Shown here: in pieces, positions 1 to 9,909 of the stretch | Layout: each line of letters starts with the position of its first letter | Numbering within the stretch: the stretch's first letter is position 1 | NCBI GenBank assembly: GCA_963798085.1 | Contig: CAWCRS010000005.1 | Location: 576,001-640,000, forward strand | DNA: 64,000 nt | Direction: 5' to 3' | From: an uncultured Gemmatimonadales bacterium | GTDB taxonomy: Bacteria; Gemmatimonadota; Gemmatimonadetes; Longimicrobiales; RSA9 | The notes under the pieces: generated by a model | Seen by the model: only the letters and a program-made list of their open reading frames with translations | The model's database searches: none | What the model was told of the DNA's origin: nothing | Made by a program: the position numbers and the translations under genes

Positions 1-163
1 TGGGAAACGGATTCGTCACCTTCGCGAAGCGCATCGGTCGTCGACGCCGGCTGGTTCTCCAGGTCCTCGCCATGCGTGAACCTGAGCGGAAATCTCAGGC
101 GAGCTATGCCAATGGACTGCGGCTCGTGTGTCGCGCCTGCGGGCAGTGCGTCCCGCTGTTCGC

Positions 164-409
164 TCAACCATTGCCCTCGAGGCGGGTCACAATGCGCTCC
201 AGCAGATCGACGGGCGCCATGATGCGACGCAGCTTGCCGCGCACTTCCTCGACGAACGTGGTCTCGAAGCGGTACTCACGCGCGCACACTGCGCACTCGA
301 GCAGGTGTGCTTCCACGCGTTCGCGTTCTTCCGGTGACAACGTACGATCCACGTAATCATCCAGTCGTCGGAATGCGTCTTCGCAGGTGTACTTCTCCAC
401 CGGGCTCAT
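164..409 (-). CDS. Zinc-binding anti-sigma factor (zf-HC2/ZAS, RsrA-like)
   Basis: 81 aa; N-terminal Cys (YTCEDA) plus HxxxCxxC (HLLECAVC); no TM segment; 4-bp overlap with the upstream ECF sigma. Confidence 0.9.
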   Translation of the reverse strand: MSPVEKYTCEDAFRRLDDYVDRTLSPEERERVEAHLLECAVCAREYRFETTFVEEVRGKLRRIMAPVDLLERIVTRLEGNG

Positions 410-1002
410 ACGGGCACCTCATCCTTCAGGCCGGAAATGATGCCGTCCTCCTGTGCAATCGTCCACAGCGCTTTCTGCAGCATGCGGCGACCGCGGTGCA
501 AACGCGATCTTACAGTGCCCACGGGACAGCCCAGCACGTCTGCGATCTCCTGGTAGCTGGCGTCCTCCAGGAAATAGAGTGAAGCCGCCGCCTGGTATTC
601 CTCGGGCAGCGCGGCGATGGCTTCGGCCACGCGCTCCACGTTGATCTTCTCCAGCAGCAGCTTCGCCGGATCATTGCTCTTCTCGTGCAGCCCCGCTTCC
701 CGCGTCTGCCGGTAGAGGTACAGCTCGTTCGCATCATCCAGGTCCACGGTCTCGGGTCGCCGTTTCCGCGTGCGGTTCTTCGCGTACACGCAGTTCGTCA
801 GGATGCGGTAGAACCACGCCTTGAAGTTCGTGCCCTGCTCGAAGGTGTCGAACGCGCGGAACGCGCGCAGCGCCGCCTCCTGCACCAGGTCTTCGGCGTC
901 GGCCGCATTGCGCGTCATCGAGTACGCGAGGCCGTACGCCTTGTCGAGCAGCGGCCGGAGCAGCTGCTCGAACGCCTGTGTGTTCGCCCTCTCCTGCTCC
1001 AT
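406..1002 (-). CDS. ECF sigma-70 factor (SigR/SigH-like)
   Basis: Region 2 DAEDLVQEA and [14 protein letters not shown]; region 4 [24 protein letters not shown]; start re-called at ATG 1002 (MEQERAN). Confidence 0.92.
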   Translation of the reverse strand: MEQERANTQAFEQLLRPLLDKAYGLAYSMTRNAADAEDLVQEAALRAFRAFDTFEQGTNFKAWFYRILTNCVYAKNRTRKRRPETVDLDDANELYLYRQTREAGLHEKSNDPAKLLLEKINVERVAEAIAALPEEYQAAASLYFLEDASYQEIADVLGCPVGTVRSRLHRGRRMLQKALWTIAQEDGIISGLKDEVPV

Positions 1003-1065
1003 GTGCACCGAGCCAGGTTCCCCACCCCGTTGCGCGGCGGCCGCCACGCAACCCACAGAGTGTCG

Positions 1066-1093
1066 TAATGCCGCTGTAATGAGAAGGGTTCCA
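1066..1093 (-). promoter_or_regulatory. Putative ECF-dependent autoregulatory promoter TGGAACC-N15-GCATTA
   Basis: Minus strand reads TGGAACC cttctcattacagcg GCATTA about 65 bp upstream of the ECF ATG; the same motif and spacing occur upstream of msrA. Confidence 0.65.
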
Positions 1094-1780
1094 CTGTTCA
1101 ATGGAAAGGGTTGCAGGCGACGATACCCGTTCATCGGTGCTGGCCGGTCCGCCTGCCTTTTCACGCCTTCCAAGGCTGGGAGGAAGCGGCGCGCGCCGGA
1201 CGCAGCGGATTGTTTCCCGGCCGTTACCCGGCTGCATTGCGTCAGCGGCAGGGATTGTGCATTGCAGACGAGCTTTCGATGAGAGAACTCGCGATCGGTG
1301 GGACCTGAACGCGAAAGGAACCATGCAGGAGAATGGCATTGCAGGCAGGCGGCTGGGTATCGCCGGCGACACGCGGAACACACGCGTCCTGACGCAGGAG
1401 AACAGGACCGTTGGCGGCGTGCGCTGGCTGGGAATGAGCGAATCGTCGGCCGATCGCGGCCGCACGGAGCGCCCTGCCGGTACGCTCATCATTGGCGATG
1501 CCCACGGCCCACGTCTGCTCGAGTTGTTGCGCGCCAGCTGACTCTCACCCGAACGCAGGCCCGGTTTCAGCAGTGCGGGCATTTCGCCTGCACGGGCTGC
1601 CGGGCCTGCCCGCAATCGGATCGACTCTGGCATCCTCCGGGATGTAACAGATAATTTGGCGACGGCGGTCCCCCGGGATCGGCCGCGCGTCCGGGACGGG
1701 CGCCTCCTGCGAGGCGCCCGTGTGTTTTTCCGGCGCCGCACAGCGCGGTGTCGCAGCGTACACCGAGTAGGGAGGCTCGA

Positions 1781-2488
1781 ATGCGCAACACGGTGATAGC
1801 GGGGACGGTCGCCCTGATCACGGGCGTGGTCCTCACGTCAGCGACGCCAGGTCAGGCGGCCGGCCAGACGTTTGCCTACGCGTCACTGGGCAATTCCGCG
1901 TACGGCGAGAGCGGCGACTTCTGCCTCGATCCGGGCGCCTTCTTCACCAGTCTCGAACTTGGTGTTTCCGGTGGCCTGCTGGGCGGCTCGGCGCAGTACA
2001 TCAACGGCGACTGGCCGTGGCCGAACAGGCCGCCGCCGGGTTCCGGTGCGCTGGTTCGCGGCGTGCGCTTTTCCGGTGCGGGCGGGGTGCAGGAATCCGT
2101 GCTGCTCAGGCACGGCAGAGCGTTCCAGTTCATGGCACAGTTCAATCCCGCACGGGTCGTGAGCGAGGGCGTCAATCGCTTCGTCCGACCGTTCGTCGGC
2201 GTGGGCGTTCACATCTCGACGGATGGCGATCCGGCGGCTGCGGCCAATGGCCAGCCGGTCGTCTACGGCATCAAGGGACAGACGCGGCCCTTTGTCGCGT
2301 ATGGCGTCAACGGCCTGCTTCCGCTGGGCGCGCGTGTCGGCCTGACAGCGGGTTATCGGGGGACGAGTGTGTTCTTCGGCGATTTCCAGTACGTCACGCC
2401 ACAGGGAACCGCAGTGGAGCCTTCGCCGGGCCAGACTCTCACCTCGGGAATCTGGACGGTCGGTGCCACCATTCGCGTGGGAAGCTGA
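1781..2488 (+). CDS. Secreted protein, probable outer-membrane beta-barrel
   Basis: GGAGG RBS before ATG 1781; signal peptide; amphipathic strands VRPFVGVGV, VAYGVNG, VGLTAGYRG, WTVGATIRV. Confidence 0.65.
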   Translation: MRNTVIAGTVALITGVVLTSATPGQAAGQTFAYASLGNSAYGESGDFCLDPGAFFTSLELGVSGGLLGGSAQYINGDWPWPNRPPPGSGALVRGVRFSGAGGVQESVLLRHGRAFQFMAQFNPARVVSEGVNRFVRPFVGVGVHISTDGDPAAAANGQPVVYGIKGQTRPFVAYGVNGLLPLGARVGLTAGYRGTSVFFGDFQYVTPQGTAVEPSPGQTLTSGIWTVGATIRVGS

Positions 2489-5110
2489 CTACCTGACTGC
2501 CTGCGCGCGGTAGAATTCGGCGGAATCGCGGCGACCGAGCTTGTCATAGACGCTGGCAAGTCTGGTCGCCGCTTCGCTGCGCCGGGCGCTGTCCGACGCC
2601 GCGAAGAGATCAATGGCGGCGCGAAAATGGCCGACGGCGTTCCGTGTCTGTTCGCGTTGCAGCAGCGCCTCGGCCAGCAGCACTTCTGTGTATCCGGCGT
2701 CGTGGTTGCGCTCCGGCTTGCCGCTCTGCTGCTCACCCACGCGATACGTGTCCAGCGCCAGGCGCAGGGCCTGCTCCGCGCCTCTGGAATTGTGCTGCCG
2801 CAGGCGCAGGTCACCCACCTGCGTCCAGGCCCACGCAGTGAAACTGTGTCCCGGGTCATTCACGCGACCCGATGTCTCCGCCGCTTTCACGAACTCGGAC
2901 TCCGCTTCCCGCAACCTGCCCTGGTCGGTCAGCACCTGGCCCAGAAAGGAGTAGGCAATCGCCACATTGCGATGTTCCGTGCCGTAGGCGCGCTGCAGAA
3001 TCGCGAGCGCTGTTCGCGCTTCCGTTTCTGCTTCTGCCGGACGCCGCAGTCTCAGGAGGGCGGTTGCGCGGCCCCAGCGTGTGCGCGCCACTGCCGGCGC
3101 ATCCGGGCCCTGGGCGCGGATACGCAGTTCGATCACCGCCTGGTAAAGCGAATCGGCCTGCTCGTCTCTGCCGTCGAGGCGCAGATCCGCGAGACCCTCG
3201 AGCGCTCCAGCCTTCAGGTCGATCGGCAGATTGGGTTGTCGCAGCATCTCCTGATAAAGTCGCTCCGCCACCGAATCGACGCCCCGCTTGCCCGCGGTGG
3301 ACAGGTTGTACAGCACGAACGCGAGCGAGCGCTTGCTCTCCGCTGTGAGCCGGTCACCCGGTTCGAGGAGATGGCTGCGAATGTCGAGTGCGCGCCGAAA
3401 CCAGTCAGCCGCCTCTTCGAACTTCTCATCGCGCTGCGCCACCTGACCGATTCCCATCATGCTCACGGCCATGTCGAGACTTTCGCTCAGTGGCAGCAGG
3501 ATCGCGTAGGCCTGACGGAACAGTGAATCGGCGACCGTGCGCTTGCCCAGGTTGAACGCCACCTGTCCGAGTGTGTTCATTGCCGCTGCTTCGAGCCGCG
3601 GCTGATCCTGCAGAGGCCGCAGGTTTTCGCGGCCTCGATTCACCACGGAATCTGCGTTGAAGCTGCGGGCCGCCGGGTTCACGTCGGGATCGAAGCCGCC
3701 CAGCGTGCTGACCATGAAGTCGCGCGCCGCCGCGGCCCGCGTGGCCTCCGCCTGGCGCTCGCGGCTCTGACTCCTCGCGACCGAAGCCAGATACGACGTG
3801 ACCGCGGTCGAGCTCACGAGCACGAGGCCCAGCACGGTCGCCAGCACCACCATGGCGCGGTTGCGCCGGACGAACTTGCGTACCTTATAACCGCGTGATA
3901 GCGGATGGGCGCGAACCGGACGGCCGTCGAGATGGCGCTCGATGTCCTCCGCCAGCGCGATGGCGGAGACGTAGCGGTCTTCCGGATTCTTACTCAGTGC
4001 GCGATGGCAGATGGCGTCGAGATCGCCGCGCAGCGCCTGCACCAGTGATTCCTGGCGCACCAGCCCGCGACTGCGCGCGATCGCTTCCGTGCGCTCGTCG
4101 CGCGTTCTCGCCACCGCCGCGCTGGGCGGGACGGGCTCCTCGTTGCAGATCACCTGCTCCATCTCCAGCAATGTGCGACCCGTCAGGTCGTAGGGCAGGC
4201 GGCCGCACAGCATCTCGTAGAGCACGATCCCCAGCGCATACACATCCGTGGCCGTCGTCGTGACCTGTGCCCGGATCTGTTCCGGCGCGGCGTACTGCGG
4301 CGTGAGCCTGGCTTCGTGCACCTGCGTGATGGCGGCCGGCGCGTCCTCCGTACCCAGCACCTTCGCTATGCCGAAGTCCAGCAGCTTCACCTCGCCGTTT
4401 GCTACCACGATGTTACCAGGCTTGAGATCGCGGTGGATGACGAGGTTGCTGTGCGCGTACTGCACGGCCTGACAGACGGTCTGGAAGAAGCGCAGGCGCT
4501 CGCGAATGGTGAGCGTGTGCTCGTCGCACCACTGGTCGATGGGCTCGCCTTCGGCCAGCTCCATGACGATGAAGGGCAGGCCGTCGCGTGTGACGCCGCC
4601 ATTGAGCAGACCGGCAATGTGCGGATGTTCGAGGCGAGCCAGGATGTGCCGCTCGTGCTGGAACCGGCGCAGAATCTCGTCCGTGTCCATGCCGCGCTTC
4701 ACGATCTTGAGCGCGACATTCTTCTGGAACGCGCCGTCGGCGCGACTGGCCTGATAGACGGCCCCCATGCCGCCGCGACCGAGCAGCCGCTCGATGCGCC
4801 ACGCGCCTACGATGTCGCCGGGTGTTACACGGTCGCGGTCGAGATCACCGCCGTGCTCGATCGCATCCCTCGCCACCAGCAGAGGCGGCACATCGAAGCG
4901 CGCGCCCGCCGCTTCGCTGGCGGCCAGCAGTGCTTCCACCTCGCGACGCAGAGCCGGATCACCCGTCGTCGCCTCATCCAGGATCTGCACGCGCTCCGCC
5001 TCGTCCGCGTCCAGCACGCGGTCCACGACTTCTTCAATGCGGCGCCAGTGTTCGGCGTCAGGCGAGTTCACGGCGAACGCGGAATGGGGAGCAAATGAAT
5101 CTCTGGACAT
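2489..5110 (-). CDS. Membrane-anchored Hanks-type Ser/Thr kinase with extracytoplasmic TPR repeats
   Basis: GRGGMGAVY, VALK, HRDLKPGN, DFG, YAAPEQ, DVYALG; TM segment AMVVLATVLGLVLVS; TPR-like helical C-terminus. Confidence 0.95.
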   Translation of the reverse strand: MSRDSFAPHSAFAVNSPDAEHWRRIEEVVDRVLDADEAERVQILDEATTGDPALRREVEALLAASEAAGARFDVPPLLVARDAIEHGGDLDRDRVTPGDIVGAWRIERLLGRGGMGAVYQASRADGAFQKNVALKIVKRGMDTDEILRRFQHERHILARLEHPHIAGLLNGGVTRDGLPFIVMELAEGEPIDQWCDEHTLTIRERLRFFQTVCQAVQYAHSNLVIHRDLKPGNIVVANGEVKLLDFGIAKVLGTEDAPAAITQVHEARLTPQYAAPEQIRAQVTTTATDVYALGIVLYEMLCGRLPYDLTGRTLLEMEQVICNEEPVPPSAAVARTRDERTEAIARSRGLVRQESLVQALRGDLDAICHRALSKNPEDRYVSAIALAEDIERHLDGRPVRAHPLSRGYKVRKFVRRNRAMVVLATVLGLVLVSSTAVTSYLASVARSQSRERQAEATRAAAARDFMVSTLGGFDPDVNPAARSFNADSVVNRGRENLRPLQDQPRLEAAAMNTLGQVAFNLGKRTVADSLFRQAYAILLPLSESLDMAVSMMGIGQVAQRDEKFEEAADWFRRALDIRSHLLEPGDRLTAESKRSLAFVLYNLSTAGKRGVDSVAERLYQEMLRQPNLPIDLKAGALEGLADLRLDGRDEQADSLYQAVIELRIRAQGPDAPAVARTRWGRATALLRLRRPAEAETEARTALAILQRAYGTEHRNVAIAYSFLGQVLTDQGRLREAESEFVKAAETSGRVNDPGHSFTAWAWTQVGDLRLRQHNSRGAEQALRLALDTYRVGEQQSGKPERNHDAGYTEVLLAEALLQREQTRNAVGHFRAAIDLFAASDSARRSEAATRLASVYDKLGRRDSAEFYRAQAVR

Positions 5111-5146
5111 CCGGGGTGGGAACGTGTCGCGGCACGTCCGCGCGCA

Positions 5147-5752
5147 TCAGTTCGCTTCGGCGTCGTCCGGCTCGGGCAGCGGCGGCACCTCGCCGTACAG
5201 CTGCATGTACAGCCAGCCTCTCGCCTTGACCCAGTCGCGGCGCACGGTGCGCACGGAGATGCCGATCACTTCTGCCGTCTGCTCTTCGGAGAGACCGCCG
5301 AAGTAGCGGCACTCCACCAGCCTTGCCAGCCGCTCGTTCAGCGCCGCCAGCCGGTCGAGTGCTTCGTTCAGCGCCAGGATTTCGTCCGACTGGCTTTCCA
5401 GCGCGATCAGGCCCGAGTCGAGCGTGATGCGCGCTTGCACACCGCCGCGCTTCTGTGCGTGGCGCCGGCGCGCGTGGTCCACGAGGATGCGGCGAAACAC
5501 GCGCGAGGCGACGCCGAAGAAGTGGGCGCGGTCCTGCCAGTCGATGTCCTGCTGGCCGACGAGGCGCAGGTACGCTTCATTGACGAGTGCGGTGGCCGAG
5601 AGAGTATGGTCCGGCCGTTCGGAAAGCAGGCTTCGCTGCGCGATGCGACGAAGCTCGTCATAGGTGAGCTGCCAGAGACGATCGGCGGCTTCCTTGTCTC
5701 CGGCAGCGGCGCCGACCAGGGCCTGGGTTACCGCGTGATCTCTATGCTCCAT
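5147..5752 (-). CDS. ECF sigma factor, kinase-associated ECF43/TIGR02999 type
   Basis: YDELRRIA, HTLSATALVNEAYLRL, WQDRAHFF, ILVDHARRR, RTVRRDWVKARGWL; directly upstream of the Ser/Thr kinase. Confidence 0.92.
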   Translation of the reverse strand: MEHRDHAVTQALVGAAAGDKEAADRLWQLTYDELRRIAQRSLLSERPDHTLSATALVNEAYLRLVGQQDIDWQDRAHFFGVASRVFRRILVDHARRRHAQKRGGVQARITLDSGLIALESQSDEILALNEALDRLAALNERLARLVECRYFGGLSEEQTAEVIGISVRTVRRDWVKARGWLYMQLYGEVPPLPEPDDAEAN

Positions 5753-6065
5753 CGCGCAAACTCCGACCACACAAGGGCTTTCGGACCCCTGTCGGCCGGT
5801 CTGAGTATGTCGCTTGGGAACCTAATCTCGGACGCCACCCGCCGCGGCGCAATGGTGGCCCCGGCTCTCGTGTGGTGCTGCGCCCCGTCCACCTGCGGGG
5901 TCCGGCCCAGAACCAGGCGCCATCCCCTCCTCATGGATTCGACGGGCAGCAGCGCAGCGATTCGCTGACCGGCTGGCACCCTGGCACGACGTGACCGAGG
6001 CCTGTTAGCCAGGCGCGTGACTGCTGCGAGCGCTCCGAGGGCAGGAATGCGGGGCTCGCGCTCCG

Positions 6066-7361
6066 CTAGATGGCCGGGTCCGAGGTGTTGCCGCTGCGCG
6101 ATTGCGCCGCCGCTTCCAGCCGGCGCAGCACTTCCGGATAACGCGCCACCACATTTTCGAAGGCGGTGCGCGAGAGGGAATAGACGTCCGCGTACTGCAC
6201 GGCGCGCACGGTGGCGCTGCGCGGTGCCTGCCGCAGCAGTGCGATCTCGCCGAAGAAGTCGCCCGGCTCCATCAGCGCGAGGCGGCGTCCATCGCGCGAC
6301 ACCACTTCCAGCTGGCCGCGCGCGATGAAGTACATGTCGCGTCCTTCATCGCCTTCCTCGAACACGACATCGCCGGGCGTCAGCACCAGCGGTCGCAGGT
6401 GCAGCGCGATTTCCTTGACGAAGTCCGGGTCCGCGCCCCGGAACAGGTCGCCTTCCGCCAGCAGGTCGCGCTTCAGGTGCAGCGATACTTCGGCGCGCAG
6501 GTTCTTGGGCAGCGCGCTGAGGAAGTCGAACTCGTCGTAGCCGAGGCGCTGTTTCCAGACGTGGTAATGGTAGTCGTAGATGCGGCGCTGCAGGGAGCGT
6601 GGCAGGCGCGCGTACTTGGTCGCCGTCGCCAGCTTCTCGATATTCTCCTGGAAGCGCAGCCGTGCCGGATCCCGCCGTGTCCAGAGCCCGGCGACGAAGC
6701 CTACCACGTAGCCGAAGAAGCCCACGCCCAGCGCCATCGTGCCGATGGCGTAGAGCTTCTGCGTGATGTTGGCGGGCACCACATCGCCATAACCGACTGT
6801 TGTGATGGTCGACATGGTCCAGTAGAGCGCGTCCACGTACGCGGCAGGCGAGTGCACGCCGGGCGCAATGCCGCGCAGCGCGATCCAGCCGCACGTGATC
6901 CAGTGCGTCGCCAGCGAAATCCAGAACACCGTGTAGACCAGCAGCAGCGCGTCCGCCCAGCGCAACTCGCGCACCCGCCACTCGGCCAGTACGGCGCGCA
7001 CGCGCTCCAGCTTGACGAGGCGCAGCAGATCGGACGCCGGCATGCCCGTCAGCACCGACCACGGCACCGCGGCGATCACGTCGAGCGGCACCCGGAGCAT
7101 GTCGCGCGAGCGGAAGCGCCACGCGGTGACCGGCCCGCGGCGGGCACTGCCCGCGAGCCGCACGCGCAGTGGAATGTCGAGCAGGAAGATCAGCGTGAAG
7201 AGGGCGCGCAGCCAGCGCACGGTGGTCGTCTGACTGACGCCCAGCACGAGATCGAGCGGGACGAGAACGGCAAGCGTCGCCGTGCTCAGTACAACAATGG
7301 CGTTCCAGAGATCGAGCCCGCGCGTGCTGACTTCGCCGGGCGCCGGCGCAACGGCGGTCAC
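6066..7361 (-). CDS. Cyclic-nucleotide-gated K+ channel (SthK/LliK-like)
   Basis: TM segments, selectivity filter TTVGYGD, C-linker, CNBD with FFGEIALL...PRSATV; GTG start at 7361 is tentative. Confidence 0.9.
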   Translation of the reverse strand: MTAVAPAPGEVSTRGLDLWNAIVVLSTATLAVLVPLDLVLGVSQTTTVRWLRALFTLIFLLDIPLRVRLAGSARRGPVTAWRFRSRDMLRVPLDVIAAVPWSVLTGMPASDLLRLVKLERVRAVLAEWRVRELRWADALLLVYTVFWISLATHWITCGWIALRGIAPGVHSPAAYVDALYWTMSTITTVGYGDVVPANITQKLYAIGTMALGVGFFGYVVGFVAGLWTRRDPARLRFQENIEKLATATKYARLPRSLQRRIYDYHYHVWKQRLGYDEFDFLSALPKNLRAEVSLHLKRDLLAEGDLFRGADPDFVKEIALHLRPLVLTPGDVVFEEGDEGRDMYFIARGQLEVVSRDGRRLALMEPGDFFGEIALLRQAPRSATVRAVQYADVYSLSRTAFENVVARYPEVLRRLEAAAQSRSGNTSDPAI

Positions 7362-7398
7362 GGCGTCCGAGCGGGCGACGTCGCGGGGACCGCGCGAA

Positions 7399-7635
7399 TC
7401 AGTTGCGGATGGCGTGGGCGCAGCCGCAGGCGGCTCCCGTCGAGGGGCATGTGCCCAGGTCACCGGATGCAGGCGACGACTCGCCTCCGCCGACCAGCGC
7501 GGGCGCCGACATGCGCAGCACCGCACCCTTCTGTCCGCAGGAGGGGCACACCTGCGCGGCCAGCCGTTCGTCCATCTTGAGGCGTCGCTCGAAGGCCGTG
7601 CCGCAGTGGCGGCACGCGTACTCGTAGATCGGCAT
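7399..7635 (-). CDS. FmdB-family zinc-ribbon protein
   Basis: MPIYEYACRHCG...CPSCG signature; Cys-rich tail CPSTGAACGC. Confidence 0.88.
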   Translation of the reverse strand: MPIYEYACRHCGTAFERRLKMDERLAAQVCPSCGQKGAVLRMSAPALVGGGESSPASGDLGTCPSTGAACGCAHAIRN

Positions 7636-7672
7636 ATCCGTCTCTCAGTCGCGATGTAGGTGTGTCAGGCGC

Positions 7673-9055
7673 TCATCCCCAGGGCGCATCCGGCAGCGTC
7701 ACCGCCGCTGGCTTGCCCCTCGCCTGCGCATCCAGGTGCAGGAACAGCGTGCCCACACCCGCGGCGCCCTGCATGCGACCGGTCTGTGCGTACACGATCT
7801 CCGGTCGCACGCGGGTCTCGGCCTGGATCCACTTGAGCCCGCCGTTTTCCTCGGTCGCCTTGGCCAGAATATCGTCCGCTCCCCGTCGCGCTACAGCAAG
7901 ATAGCCCTTGTCGGGCCACAGCCGGTGCAACGACAGGAAGAACTCGGAGACGCCGGCATTGCCGCAGCACTGGCTGATGTTGTTCCAGTATCCGGGCGAG
8001 CGCTCGACGGGTGCGCCCATCGCGGTGATGCCGCGCGCGTAGCAGTCGATGCGGTCCAGCCATTTCCTGTCGCCCGTCACATCACTCAGCCGGTAGAAGA
8101 GTCTCAATGTGCCCGCGCCGCCATGACACCAGCTCAGGTAGAACAGCTCCTTACCATCGGGCTCGTGATGGAAGACCTTGCACGCACCGTTGGCATGATC
8201 GGCCACCGCCTCCAGGTACGCCGTACCCGCGAGCGCCGCATCGAGCAGCGGCTTCTCGTGCGTGACGCCGTACAGCGTGGCGAGCGTGTAGGACGCGCCC
8301 GCCGTGCCGTGCGAGAAGTTCGGATAGAGATTCTTCACACTGGGTGAGATCGCCCACTTGAGGCCGCCCTGCTCGGGCTGGCCCAGCTCGGCGAGCCTGC
8401 GGCCGGCGCTCGCGGCCAGCTCGATTGCACGGTCATCGCCCAGCATCCTCGCCGCGTACAGCAGGAACAGCGCAATGCCTGCGGTGCCGCTGATGATGTC
8501 GGCGGAATCGCTCCACTCGACGCCGGCTCCGGTCTTCTTCGCGTTCTCGTGCAGCAGTGCGACGCCGCGCAGTGCGGCCTCGCGATAACGCTTGTCGCCC
8601 GATGCCCGCCATGTCTCGGCCAGCACGAACGCGCGGCCCGCCACACCCGTGTACAGTCCGCCATCGAACGCATCGCCCTTGCTGAGATTGGCGACCAGGT
8701 CGTCCGCGCCGGCTTTCGCCTCGTCCAGGTGTGCGCGCTCGCCCGTCGTCTTGTACAACTCGAGCAGAAACAGCACCACGCCCGGTGTGCCATTGTAGAA
8801 GTCCAGCTCGACAGACTTGGGATCGCGCGGATCCGCCGGCCAGCTAACACCGCTGGCCGTGGTCTGGCGTGAGGCGTGAATCCAGTGCGCGGCGCGCGCC
8901 GCGACATCGGCGTCGGAGCCCCAGCGCCCGCGCAGCGCGGCCACGCGCTCCATCAAGGCTTCGCCGCGCAGTTCGCGCGGGATTGCGAACAGACCTGCTG
9001 CGCCAAGCGCGCCGCGCAGCATGTCGCGGCGGCTGAACGGACGGGAATCGCTCAT
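7673..9055 (-). CDS. LanC-like (lanthionine synthetase C) protein with Tat signal peptide
   Basis: SRRDMLRG twin-Arg leader; repeated GxxG helix caps (YNGTPG, YTGVAG, ISGTAG); FSHGTAG, SWCHGGAG, SQCCGNAG; GAGGA RBS before ATG 9055. Confidence 0.85.
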   Translation of the reverse strand: MSDSRPFSRRDMLRGALGAAGLFAIPRELRGEALMERVAALRGRWGSDADVAARAAHWIHASRQTTASGVSWPADPRDPKSVELDFYNGTPGVVLFLLELYKTTGERAHLDEAKAGADDLVANLSKGDAFDGGLYTGVAGRAFVLAETWRASGDKRYREAALRGVALLHENAKKTGAGVEWSDSADIISGTAGIALFLLYAARMLGDDRAIELAASAGRRLAELGQPEQGGLKWAISPSVKNLYPNFSHGTAGASYTLATLYGVTHEKPLLDAALAGTAYLEAVADHANGACKVFHHEPDGKELFYLSWCHGGAGTLRLFYRLSDVTGDRKWLDRIDCYARGITAMGAPVERSPGYWNNISQCCGNAGVSEFFLSLHRLWPDKGYLAVARRGADDILAKATEENGGLKWIQAETRVRPEIVYAQTGRMQGAAGVGTLFLHLDAQARGKPAAVTLPDAPWG

Positions 9056-9140
9056 CTCATCCTCACGGACAGGGGACCGTGGTCCGTCTGCAAGGTCGCC
9101 GGCCGGGGAGCGGCGGGTCAAGTCGCATTGAATTCGGCCA

Positions 9141-9734
9141 TCAGCCGGGCGCTGTGCGTATCGCGGACGGCTGCGGAAAGCCGGGCTCACCCATGACACG
9201 CTCGATCTGGCGCAGATGGCGCTGCGCGTGCACCACGATGATGATGAACGCATCACCCAGATTGAGCCCGCGCACGAAGAAAACCACTGGCGAGTTGAGG
9301 CGGAGTCGTCGCATGTCCAGACCATCCGCCCGGCGCAGCAACGCGGCCGTCTCGAGCATCGAGCCGAGGAACGCGTCCAGCACATCGACACGTGCCTCGG
9401 GACCGGGCCTGAGTCTGCTGAATGTCCTGACCGTGCGTTCGTTCGCCGGCGAGAGCGTCGAGATCAGCATGCGGCCCCAGAGCGAGGGCTTCCAGGGCGC
9501 CGGCGACGCCGGCTTCACCGCCTTCGCAATGACTCGCTCGATGACCGGGAAATAGATGCGACCGCTGACCAGCAAATGTTCGAGCACCTGACCCACGGAC
9601 CAGCCGCCACCCGGCGGACGCCAAAGCAGCGCATCCTGTGTCAGCTCGCCAGCCAGCTCGCGTGCGCGGATCGCAACCTGCTCGATCTGCGGCAGCAGGC
9701 AGGCTTGGGTCGGTTCCTGTCCGAGGTACCGCAT
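9141..9734 (-). CDS. DinB family protein
   Basis: WSVGQVLEHL and HAQRHLRQI His motifs; start re-called at ATG 9734. Confidence 0.85.
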   Translation of the reverse strand: MRYLGQEPTQACLLPQIEQVAIRARELAGELTQDALLWRPPGGGWSVGQVLEHLLVSGRIYFPVIERVIAKAVKPASPAPWKPSLWGRMLISTLSPANERTVRTFSRLRPGPEARVDVLDAFLGSMLETAALLRRADGLDMRRLRLNSPVVFFVRGLNLGDAFIIIVVHAQRHLRQIERVMGEPGFPQPSAIRTAPG

Positions 9735-9857
9735 TCCGCCACTCCGCCTGGCACGTGGGGGTGCCCTCGAAGATGCCCTGCCTCGCCGGGCCGCGCCAGC
9801 GGATTTGCGCTGTCGCGGCCGCACTCACCCGCACGGACATGTTGCCCAGGATGAGAG

Positions 9858-9892
9858 GCGGAAAAGGCGACCGGCGTCGTCGCCTTTCCCGC
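9858..9892 (-). terminator. Hairpin downstream of msrA, possible intrinsic terminator
   Basis: gcggaaaaggcgac-cggcgtc-gtcgcctttcccgc inverted repeat 17 bp after the msrA stop; U-tract is short. Confidence 0.45.
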
Positions 9893-9909
9893 ACTCCGTC
9901 AGCCGCCCG

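Noticed and set aside
1..73. Partial minus-strand CDS starting at ATG 73
   Set aside because: Only 24 codons visible, with no clear RBS or motif
1317..1341. Third ECF promoter-like site GGAACC...GCATTG on the plus strand
   Set aside because: Spacer is 13 nt rather than 15, and the site is more than 400 bp from the next start
7399..9055. Lanthipeptide cluster with the Ser/Thr/Cys-rich tail of the 78-aa ORF (after GG) as precursor
   Set aside because: The ORF is a typical FmdB zinc ribbon; there is no dehydratase or exporter, and the LanC-like protein has an export signal
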